A stretch of DNA of 16,599 nt from Archangium sp. (GTDB lineage: Bacteria; Myxococcota; Myxococcia; Myxococcales; Myxococcaceae). The DNA lies in assembly GCA_031367385.1 (NCBI GenBank), contig JANLPS010000143.1, positions 1 through 16,599 on the forward strand, written 5' to 3'. The position numbers were made by a program, and so were the translations under genes. Below the pieces are notes generated by a model. That model worked only from the letters and a program-made list of their open reading frames with translations, was not told the DNA's origin and did no database searches. This document shows positions 7,260-14,381 of the stretch, one piece after another. The number at the start of each line of letters is the position of its first letter. Position 1 is the first letter of the stretch.

Positions 7260-9343
7260 CAGTGCGCTCGTCGTTTCTTCTTGTGCTTGGCAGCGCCCAT
7301 CGGCCGGGGCACGGCGTGCACGCCGCCGTCAGTCTTGTTGCGCTCGTACACCGGGGGCCCGGCGTCATCTTCCTCGTCTTCGTATTCGTCGTCGTCGGTA
7401 CCGCCGTCGAGGCCGGGGTTGAAGCCGTCGATCACCGGGGGGAGCGCCGGTTCGAGCACCCGCTCGCCCGCATCGACGAGCATCGTCACCGGCGTCATCG
7501 GTACCCGAATGATCTGGCTGCGGGTGCGAATGAAGATCAGCAGGCTCAACCCGAAGATCGCCAACAACGCGACGATGATGAACAGGGCCTGTGGCACCAG
7601 GGTGCGGGCCCGCCGCGGCTGCGAGACATCGACCTCACCCGTCAGGGGGTCGACCGATTCGGTCTGCTCCGGCTCGTCGGGCTCGCGCAGCAGCAGGCTC
7701 TCGCCAGTGAGCACGCTCCCCGAGATCAACGACTCACCGGTCACTTCACCCAACGCTCGAGGCGCTCGCACCGGCGGCGGAGCAGCGAACAAATCGAATG
7801 GCGGCGAGGGAGGCGAGGCCTGAGGTGGCGCGCTCGGCCGGGGCGCGTCGGCCGGGCGGTCGGGTCGGGTCTCCTCGTCACGTGGGGGCGCAAGGCTCTG
7901 TGGCTGGGCGGCGTCGATGGTGGGCCGCAGCGAGACGGGCACGATGCCCACGCCGGTTGACTCCCGTTCGCTGGGGCTGAACACGGTCTCCGGGCTGGGG
8001 TGGTCGACCGTGGTCGTCGAGAGGTCGACGTTGCCGTCGTTGTTGGTGCTGGGCGACAGGTTGACCGTGGCCTCCGGTGCGCCGACCACGGTGCGCTCTA
8101 CGGAGTCGAAATCGTTGTGCGTGCTGGGTGGGGGCAGGGCGCCGATGTTCGTTTTTTCTTCTTCGCTGTCGATGATCACCTTCGGCCCGATGATCACCGT
8201 GCTCATGGGTATCGACGCGCCCTGCGGCGAGGTCGCGATGGTGGTGATCTCCAGCGGCCCAGGCGGCTTCAAAGGCGTGATCGCGGGCGCAATCAGAACG
8301 AGCGCTGGCTTCGAGCCAGAGACCGGCGGCTTCGGGCCCGGGGTGGCGACCGGCCGGTACGCGGCGGCCGGCTTGACGGGAGTGCCCGACCCCTTGACCG
8401 GCGCAGCCGGGGCCACCGTCGGGGCAGGGCTGGCCACGCTGGGGGCGATGCTCGGCGGCGCCAGCTCCTTGGGCAGCATGCCGGTGCTCCTGGCCACGAA
8501 TGGCGGAGCGATCTGGGTCGACGGCTCTTCTTCGTCGGCCACTGAACGTGAGTACGGCACGCTTGGTTTTTCAGCCGGCGGCGTCGCGGTCGCCTTGATC
8601 AAGGCGCTGATTCGGTCTCGAAACAGCCGTTTGAGGGTCGCTGACACGCCCGCGGTGTCGAGCACCGAGCCTCCCAGGGCGCCTCCGAGCTCATTGGCCA
8701 GCTGGGCCACGCTCGCCTGTCGCTGGTCGAGCGCGGGAGACATCGCGGTAAGCACTACGTCGTCGAGGGCCGGGCTGACGTCGCCGCGGCCCTTCGAGGG
8801 CGGGTCGAGCAACGCCGTCGTCGCATAGTGGCCCGTGAAGCCAGTCAGCACCGAGTGAATGACGGCGCCCAGCGTGAATACGTCGCGCTGCGCCCCGGGG
8901 AGCACGCTGCGGCTGCCAAACCGCCCGGAGTTTCGAGGCGCTCCGTAGTCGAGCACCCGGGTCACCCCATCGAACCCCACCAGAATCGACCCGTCGGAGA
9001 TGCCGTTGTGCCAGTGCACCCCCGTCACCGCGCCGAGGGCCGCAGCGGCGTCGATGATCACCCGCCCCAACAGGTCGAGCGGCGCCGGGCGCGCCTGCTG
9101 GCGAAACGCGGCCACCAGCTCACGCAGCGTGACCCCCGCCACGTAGTCGTAGAGCGCCACCGGGGCTCCCTCGAAGGTGTCGAGCTCGATCAGCGAGAGC
9201 ACCGCCGGGTGCCGGGGCCCGACGAACGTGGTCACCCCTGTCTCGAGTGCGCGCAAGACGATGTGCTTGGGGCCCTGACGCGCGAGCCGGGTTCGCGACA
9301 GAGCGACCTCGGGCGGCAGCGTTGAGAGGGCCTCGAAGGTCAC
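7259..9343 (-). CDS. Membrane-anchored Hanks-type Ser/Thr pseudokinase with long Pro/Thr-rich linker
   Basis: Kinase remnants: HPAVLSL, YDYVAGVTLREL, HNGISDGSILVGFDGVTRVLDYG, RDVFTLGAVIHSVLTG, ALDDVVLTAMSPALDQR. Then a low-complexity linker, one TM helix (ALFIIVALLAIFGLSLLIFI), and an acidic then basic tail. GTG start uncertain. Confidence 0.8.
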   Translation of the reverse strand: MTFEALSTLPPEVALSRTRLARQGPKHIVLRALETGVTTFVGPRHPAVLSLIELDTFEGAPVALYDYVAGVTLRELVAAFRQQARPAPLDLLGRVIIDAAAALGAVTGVHWHNGISDGSILVGFDGVTRVLDYGAPRNSGRFGSRSVLPGAQRDVFTLGAVIHSVLTGFTGHYATTALLDPPSKGRGDVSPALDDVVLTAMSPALDQRQASVAQLANELGGALGGSVLDTAGVSATLKRLFRDRISALIKATATPPAEKPSVPYSRSVADEEEPSTQIAPPFVARSTGMLPKELAPPSIAPSVASPAPTVAPAAPVKGSGTPVKPAAAYRPVATPGPKPPVSGSKPALVLIAPAITPLKPPGPLEITTIATSPQGASIPMSTVIIGPKVIIDSEEEKTNIGALPPPSTHNDFDSVERTVVGAPEATVNLSPSTNNDGNVDLSTTTVDHPSPETVFSPSERESTGVGIVPVSLRPTIDAAQPQSLAPPRDEETRPDRPADAPRPSAPPQASPPSPPFDLFAAPPPVRAPRALGEVTGESLISGSVLTGESLLLREPDEPEQTESVDPLTGEVDVSQPRRARTLVPQALFIIVALLAIFGLSLLIFIRTRSQIIRVPMTPVTMLVDAGERVLEPALPPVIDGFNPGLDGGTDDDEYEDEEDDAGPPVYERNKTDGGVHAVPRPMGAAKHKKKRRAH

Positions 9344-9436
9344 TGGGCACGGAGCCTACAACGCGAGGCGTCTTCATCAACGAAATCAACCGTGGCGTTT
9401 GACGCGACTTTCGGTTCGGGGGACACCCCTTGCGGC

Positions 9437-10081
9437 ATGAGAACTGTTTTGGCGGGAGCGGTGGTGTCGATGCTGGCGCTGGTCGGCTGCGGCGCTGGGC
9501 CTCAAACCACCGCGATCATCATGCAGGCGTCGGTGCAGTCGACCTGCGCGGGCGACGGCGGGTGCAGGCCCCCGATGGTCAGCGTCGGGCACTGCGGTTC
9601 GGGCGTTCGAATCGCGAAGGGCACCCATGGTGCCGCCCAGGCGGCCACGAAATTGGCACCCGGTGAGGTCGGCGCGATCGTGGTCGTGCAGCACCCCGCG
9701 GGAGACAAGCCCTCCAACTCGGGCGGTGGCAGCAGTGACCGGGGCTGGTTGCTCGCCAAGGGTGAGCGGGCGCGGGTCGAGGCGCTCCACCGGCCAGAGA
9801 TGGTGTTGTACACCGTCGATGAAGCGGGGGCGGTGGGCGAGGTGAGCACGGCGCTGGTGGCTTCAGACGACCAGGGCTCGATGCAGTTCGAGTACAGCTC
9901 GGCCGGCCTCTCGGTGACCGAGACCCATCACCTGCTCGAGATCGCCCAGCGGCCGCTCGAGCTGACCTCACCCGACGACATTTCGAACGGCTGTTGCGCG
10001 AGCGTGCCAGGGCCCGAGCTGGTGGCGCTTTTCGCGGTGATGCTCGCGGTGTTCAGACTGCGGGGGCGCCGCGCTTCTTGA
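9437..10081 (+). CDS. Putative lipoprotein with C-terminal MYXO-CTERM-like sorting signal
   Basis: MRTVLAGAVVSMLALVG-C lipobox. C-terminal GCCAS + linker + hydrophobic helix + RLRGRR. Confidence 0.7.
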   Translation: MRTVLAGAVVSMLALVGCGAGPQTTAIIMQASVQSTCAGDGGCRPPMVSVGHCGSGVRIAKGTHGAAQAATKLAPGEVGAIVVVQHPAGDKPSNSGGGSSDRGWLLAKGERARVEALHRPEMVLYTVDEAGAVGEVSTALVASDDQGSMQFEYSSAGLSVTETHHLLEIAQRPLELTSPDDISNGCCASVPGPELVALFAVMLAVFRLRGRRAS

Positions 10082-10793
10082 CCACGCCCGACTTGTCGAG
10101 CGTGAACTGGTCTCCCAGCATGGCTTCGATCTTCTTTTGAAACCCCTGGGTGCCGAAGCCGGTCTCTGACAGGGCCTGCACACACGCCATCTGCAACCGC
10201 TTGGCGGTCTCGGTGCCAGTCGCCAGCTGCAGCAACGGCTCGCGCATCGGCTCGTACTTGAGGCTGGCCAAGGTCTTGAGCGCCGCCAGCTTCACGTCGT
10301 CGCTCATGTCATTGAGAAACGGCAGCACCGCGGGGCCGACCCGCTCGTCGTGCCGCCCTTCGAGCCAGTGGAGCAGCACCTGTTTCTTCTCGGGGTCTCG
10401 GGTGTATTCGGCGCCCAGGTGCTTCAGCTCGTCGGTGACGATGCCGATCACTTCGGGGGTCTCGAGCACCTCGTCGAGCAGCTTGATCGCCCAGCTCGAC
10501 GCCGCGTCGTTCTTCTTCAAAAACTCGACGACCGGTGGCACGGCCTCTTTTTCGAACGAGGCGATGGTCTGAAAGACGTTCTCTTTCTCGTCGGCGTCGG
10601 TGGTTTGCGGGTCGACCACGAAGGTGAACCGCAGCATCAGCACCGGTATCACTTCGGCCGACTTGAGCTTGGCCAGGTCGGCGATCGCGCCCTGCCGAGC
10701 CGAGGCGTCGCCATACTTCTGGGTGATCTTGGCTTTGGCCTTCTGCGCCTTTTCAGCCGGAGTACCGCCACCAAAGAAATCGAACAAGCCCAT
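10053..10793 (-). CDS. HEAT/ARM-repeat protein
   Basis: Repeated helical units (ARQGAIADLAKL; VLPFLNDMSDDVKLAALKTLASL; RLQMACVQALSE). N-terminal MGLFDFFGGG. Lies 18 nt downstream of the DnaJ gene. Confidence 0.85.
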   Translation of the reverse strand: MGLFDFFGGGTPAEKAQKAKAKITQKYGDASARQGAIADLAKLKSAEVIPVLMLRFTFVVDPQTTDADEKENVFQTIASFEKEAVPPVVEFLKKNDAASSWAIKLLDEVLETPEVIGIVTDELKHLGAEYTRDPEKKQVLLHWLEGRHDERVGPAVLPFLNDMSDDVKLAALKTLASLKYEPMREPLLQLATGTETAKRLQMACVQALSETGFGTQGFQKKIEAMLGDQFTLDKSGVVKKRGAPAV

Positions 10794-10811
10794 GCGGCGC
10801 CTCTATCAGAA

Positions 10812-11762
10812 CTACAGTTTGAGGTCGGCGCGAACGTCGCCGGCGTAGGCCGCCTCGAGCGTCTCGACGGCCTGCTTCTGCTCGGCAGCGTGCACCTCGG
10901 GCAGCTTGACCTGCACTACCAGGTACAAGTCGCCCCGGTGGCCGCCCTTCAAGTCGGGCACGCCCTGGCCCTTGAGCCGAAGCTTGGTGCCTGACTGGGT
11001 GCCGGCCTTGATCTTGACCTGGCCGCCACCAGAGAACGTGGGCACCGAGATCTCGGCGCCGAGCGCGGCCTCTTTGATGGTCACGGGCAAATCGAGATAG
11101 AGATCTTTTTCTTCGCGCCGAATCAGGGGGTGCTCGGCGACCTGGAGGTCGATGAAGAGGTCTCCTCGCGGGCCTCCGCGCTCACCCGGCTCGCCCTGAC
11201 CCGTGAGTCGAACCCGCGACCCGGTCTCGACTCCGGTGGGTATCTTCACCGTCAGGCGCTGGCCGTTGACGTTCAAGATGCGCTCTCCGCCGGTGACCGC
11301 GTCTTGCAGGGTGACGGTCATCTCAGTGGCGAGGTCGGCGCCGGGCATCGGGCCGCGCTTGCGGCTGGCTCCGCGGCGGCCTCCGCCGAACATCTCGCCC
11401 AAGATCGACTCGAAGTCGACGTTGCCGCCCTGGCCACCGACATTGAAGTCGAAGCCCCCGGGCATGCCGCCACCGCCGCCGCGCGCCCCCTGCTCTCGAT
11501 ACGCCCGAAATTGTTCGGCTTTCTTCTCGTCCCACCCGAGCTTGGCGGCTTCGTCACCGAACTCGTCGTACATGCGGCGCTTCTTCTGGTCGCCCAAGAC
11601 CTCGAAGGCCTCGGTGATCGACTTGAACTCTTCTTCGGCGCCCTTCTTGTGGGGGTTGACGTCGGGGTGGCTCTTTTTGGCGAGCGCCCGATAGGCCTTC
11701 TTGATCTCGTCAGCCGATGCTTGCCGAGATACCCCGAGTCGCTGGTAGTAGTCCTTCACCAT
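10812..11762 (-). CDS. DnaJ class B / CbpA-like co-chaperone
   Basis: KDYYQRLGV...HPD J-domain, G/F-rich region, no CxxCxGxG zinc finger, DnaJ C-terminal domain ([26 protein letters not shown]). Start ATG 11762 (or GTG 11759). Confidence 0.95.
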   Translation of the reverse strand: MVKDYYQRLGVSRQASADEIKKAYRALAKKSHPDVNPHKKGAEEEFKSITEAFEVLGDQKKRRMYDEFGDEAAKLGWDEKKAEQFRAYREQGARGGGGGMPGGFDFNVGGQGGNVDFESILGEMFGGGRRGASRKRGPMPGADLATEMTVTLQDAVTGGERILNVNGQRLTVKIPTGVETGSRVRLTGQGEPGERGGPRGDLFIDLQVAEHPLIRREEKDLYLDLPVTIKEAALGAEISVPTFSGGGQVKIKAGTQSGTKLRLKGQGVPDLKGGHRGDLYLVVQVKLPEVHAAEQKQAVETLEAAYAGDVRADLKL

Positions 11763-12429
11763 GGTCGGGCGGCACTCTAACCAGCACTTCTCTCGGTGCC
11801 AGTGGCTCTTTGCATTGTGCGCCTCGATTGTCGTGTCTGCCGAGGGGCCGGTGCTCGACCGGTCGGTGGCGGCGGTCGATGGCCGAGTCATTACCCAATC
11901 GCAGCTCGACTTCGAGACCCGGGTGCTGCTGGTGAGCGCAGGGGGCGCCGAGGCGGCCTTCGCGCAGCTGGGCCTCGATGATTTGAAGAAGGGCCTCGAC
12001 CTGATCATCGATCACCGGGTGACCACGCTCGAGGCCGACAAGCTCGACGCGTATCAGCTCGAGGCGGGTGAGAATGAGCGCCTGGTGGCCCGGTTTCGCG
12101 ACGCCATCGGCGGCGATGCCCAGCTGCGGCGATTTCTCGACGAACACGAGGCCGAGCTGAACGACGTGGCGCAGGTGCTGCGGCGCTCGGTGCGGTCGGG
12201 GCGGGTGCTCGATGGGCGGCTGCGGCTCAAGGCCCAGGTCTCTGAGGCAGATGCGCGGCGCTACCAGGCCGAGCACGCCGAGGTGAAGACGTTGAGCGTG
12301 CAGCAGGTGCGTGAGCTGCTCTTCGCCGGGCGCTTCAAAGAGATGGTGCGCCAAGAGCTGAAGGCCGCGCGCAAGTCAGTCGACGTGCGGCTGCTGGGGC
12401 CATTTGCCGCGCAGCCGGTGGCTCCATGA
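11761..12429 (+). CDS. Exported protein with SurA N-terminal-like domain, no PPIase domain
   Basis: Signal-like [13 protein letters not shown], then [19 protein letters not shown] resembling the SurA N-terminus, and C-terminal [14 protein letters not shown]. Start uncertain. Confidence 0.7.
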   Translation: MVGRHSNQHFSRCQWLFALCASIVVSAEGPVLDRSVAAVDGRVITQSQLDFETRVLLVSAGGAEAAFAQLGLDDLKKGLDLIIDHRVTTLEADKLDAYQLEAGENERLVARFRDAIGGDAQLRRFLDEHEAELNDVAQVLRRSVRSGRVLDGRLRLKAQVSEADARRYQAEHAEVKTLSVQQVRELLFAGRFKEMVRQELKAARKSVDVRLLGPFAAQPVAP

Positions 12430-12896
12430 GAGAGCTGGCTCCGAGCTTTCGCATTCGGCGCATGACCCTGGCCGATTTGCCGCAGGTGATGGCGATCGAG
12501 AACCAGGCGTTTTCGAACCCCTGGTCGCTCGACATGGTGAAGAAAGAGCTCACCCAAGATTGGTCGACGGTGCTGCTGGCCGAGGCGGTGGGCCCCTCGG
12601 GCTGGGAGCTGCGCGGCTTCGCCATTTTCTGGCTCGTCGCGAATGAAGTGCACGTGCTCAACGTGGCGACCGACACCACCTACCGCCGGCAGGGCATCGG
12701 GCGGCAGGTGATGGAGGCGGTGTTGGCGCACGGGCGGCAACAGAAGTGCTTCATGGCCACGCTCGAGGTGCGGCGCAGCAACACGGCGGCGATTGCGATG
12801 TACACCGCGCTCGGGTTTCGCGCGGTCGGCATGCGGCCGAACTACTACACCGATGATCGCGAAGACGCGGTGATCATGATCATGGACTTGATCTAG
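12426..12896 (+). CDS. rimI: Ribosomal protein S18-alanine N-acetyltransferase
   Basis: IRRMTLADLPQVMAIE..FSNPWS, EVHVLNVA, RRQGIG acetyl-CoA motif, LEVRRSN..AIAMY..LGF, RPNYY, EDAVIM. ATGA overlap with the upstream gene. Confidence 0.93.
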   Translation: MRELAPSFRIRRMTLADLPQVMAIENQAFSNPWSLDMVKKELTQDWSTVLLAEAVGPSGWELRGFAIFWLVANEVHVLNVATDTTYRRQGIGRQVMEAVLAHGRQQKCFMATLEVRRSNTAAIAMYTALGFRAVGMRPNYYTDDREDAVIMIMDLI

Positions 12897-12898
12897 CG

Positions 12899-13372
12899 AT
12901 GCGCGAGCCGACCCAGTCGATCTGCTTTTGGCACCCTGAGAGGCCCGCGGTGCAGGCATGTGATCGCTGCGGCATGGGCTACCTGCTGGCGTTCATCGCC
13001 ACCGCGGTGCTGTTCTGCCGATGGTTTCACCTGGCCGTACGGCACGTGAAGGCGCACGGCCTCTCGGTGTCGGTGACCCCGGCCGCGGCAGTGGGGAGCT
13101 GGTTCATACCCATTCGCAACCTGGTGAAACCGTTCGCGATCACCCGAGAACTGATGGCTGCGACGAGGGCAAACCAGAGCGCGGTAGGGCCCTGGCAGGC
13201 CTCGTGGATCATCGGCAACATCGTCTCGAACCTGAGTACCCGGGTCGAAAGCTCGGCGGTTTCGGCGGCTTCGACGGTTTTGACCTTCGTTTCGGCGATC
13301 ACGTGCTACCAGGTGATCAAGGCCCTGACCTTTGCCGCGACCAGGCCCGTGCAGACAGAATCCGTTGCTTGA
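12899..13372 (+). CDS. DUF4328-like membrane protein with partial N-terminal zinc finger
   Basis: AVGSWFIPIRNLVKPFAITREL resembles the DUF4328 core (WFIPxxNLxxP). N-terminal CFWHPERPAVQACDRCG. Alternative start at Met 12974. Confidence 0.65.
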   Translation: MREPTQSICFWHPERPAVQACDRCGMGYLLAFIATAVLFCRWFHLAVRHVKAHGLSVSVTPAAAVGSWFIPIRNLVKPFAITRELMAATRANQSAVGPWQASWIIGNIVSNLSTRVESSAVSAASTVLTFVSAITCYQVIKALTFAATRPVQTESVA

Positions 13373-13397
13373 CACTCCGCGTTCAGCGATGTACGCG
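13369..13397 (+). promoter_or_regulatory. Putative sigma70-type promoter of the str operon
   Basis: Perfect TTGACA at 13369-13374, a 17-nt spacer and a weak -10 TACGCG at 13392-13397, about 40 nt upstream of rpsL. Confidence 0.6.
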
Positions 13398-13438
13398 GGC
13401 CCCCCATTTTCTGATCCCGATTCATTTGAAGGACGTTC

Positions 13439-13810
13439 ATGCCGACCATTAACCAGCTCATCCGCAAGGGCCGCGAGCAACTGCGGTACAAGTCGAAGAG
13501 CCCCGCGCTGAAATCGAACCCCCAGAAGCGTGGCGTGTGCACTCGCGTGTACACCACGACTCCGAAGAAGCCGAACTCGGCGCTTCGCAAGGTCGCCCGC
13601 GTTCGCTTGACCAACGGTATTGAAGTGACGTCGTACATCCCCGGCGTCGGCCACAACCTGCAAGAGCACTCCGTGGTGCTGATTCGTGGCGGCCGCGTGA
13701 AGGACTTGCCGGGCGTTCGTTACCACATCATTCGCGGCACGCTCGACTCGGTCGGCGTTCAGGGCCGTAAGCAGAGCCGTTCGAAGTACGGCGCCAAGCG
13801 TCCTCAATAA
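13439..13810 (+). CDS. rpsL: 30S ribosomal protein S12
   Basis: [60 protein letters not shown] upstream. Confidence 0.99.
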   Translation: MPTINQLIRKGREQLRYKSKSPALKSNPQKRGVCTRVYTTTPKKPNSALRKVARVRLTNGIEVTSYIPGVGHNLQEHSVVLIRGGRVKDLPGVRYHIIRGTLDSVGVQGRKQSRSKYGAKRPQ

Positions 13811-13831
13811 TCTTTTCGGAGAATCACCACT

Positions 13832-14302
13832 ATGCCGCGCCGTCGCGTACCCAATAAACGAAAGATCAACCCCGACCCGAAGTTTCAAGATCGGTTGGTT
13901 GCGAAGTTCACGAACAACCTGATGCGCAAGGGCAAGATGGCCGTTGCCGAGCAGATCACCTACGGCGCCTTCAGCATCATCGAAGAGCGCGCGAAAGAAG
14001 AGCCGCTCAAGGTGTTCAAGCGAGCCCTCGACAACGTCAAGCCCGTGCTTGAGGTGAAGAGCCGCCGCGTCGGTGGTGCGACCTACCAGGTGCCCGTCGA
14101 AGTTCGTCAAGACCGTCGCGTCGCCCTCGGCATGCGGTGGATCATCTCGTACGGCAAGGCCCGCGGCGAGAAGACGATGATGGAGAAGCTGGCTGGCGAG
14201 ATCATGGACGCCGCCAACAACCGCGGCAACGCGGTCAAGAAGAAGGAAGACACCCACAAGATGGCCGAGGCCAACAAGGCCTTCTCGCATTACCGCTGGT
14301 AA
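13832..14302 (+). CDS. rpsG: 30S ribosomal protein S7
   Basis: [44 protein letters not shown] upstream. Confidence 0.99.
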   Translation: MPRRRVPNKRKINPDPKFQDRLVAKFTNNLMRKGKMAVAEQITYGAFSIIEERAKEEPLKVFKRALDNVKPVLEVKSRRVGGATYQVPVEVRQDRRVALGMRWIISYGKARGEKTMMEKLAGEIMDAANNRGNAVKKKEDTHKMAEANKAFSHYRW

Positions 14303-14326
14303 TTCGCGGTCGTTGTGGTGTGAACG

Positions 14327-14360
14327 GCGGGGCTCCGGAGACGGGGCCCCGTTTTTCGTT
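14327..14360 (+). terminator. Intrinsic terminator-like hairpin between rpsG and fusA
   Basis: GCGGGGCTCCG-GAGA-CGGGGCCCCGT: 11-bp stem (two G-U pairs), GNRA loop, running into TTTTTCGTT. Confidence 0.7.
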
Positions 14361-14381
14361 GGTTCTGAAAGGCTGTACGTC

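Noticed and set aside
7760..8600. Pro/Ala/Thr-rich stretch as a tandem DNA repeat or array
   Set aside because: Low complexity at the protein level only; no periodic nucleotide unit or CRISPR-like repeat-spacer structure was seen.
6441..8828. Long + strand ORFs (6441..7823, 7262..7960, 7917..8828)
   Set aside because: Antisense to hutI and the pseudokinase; composition is shadow-like.
13377..13398. CCGCGT-N10-ACGCGG inverted repeat across the str promoter
   Set aside because: Only 6 bp and GC-rich, so expected by chance; cannot support an operator call.
13439..13810. Possible streptomycin-resistance alleles in rpsL
   Set aside because: PKKPNSA and RVKDLPG are the wild-type motifs.
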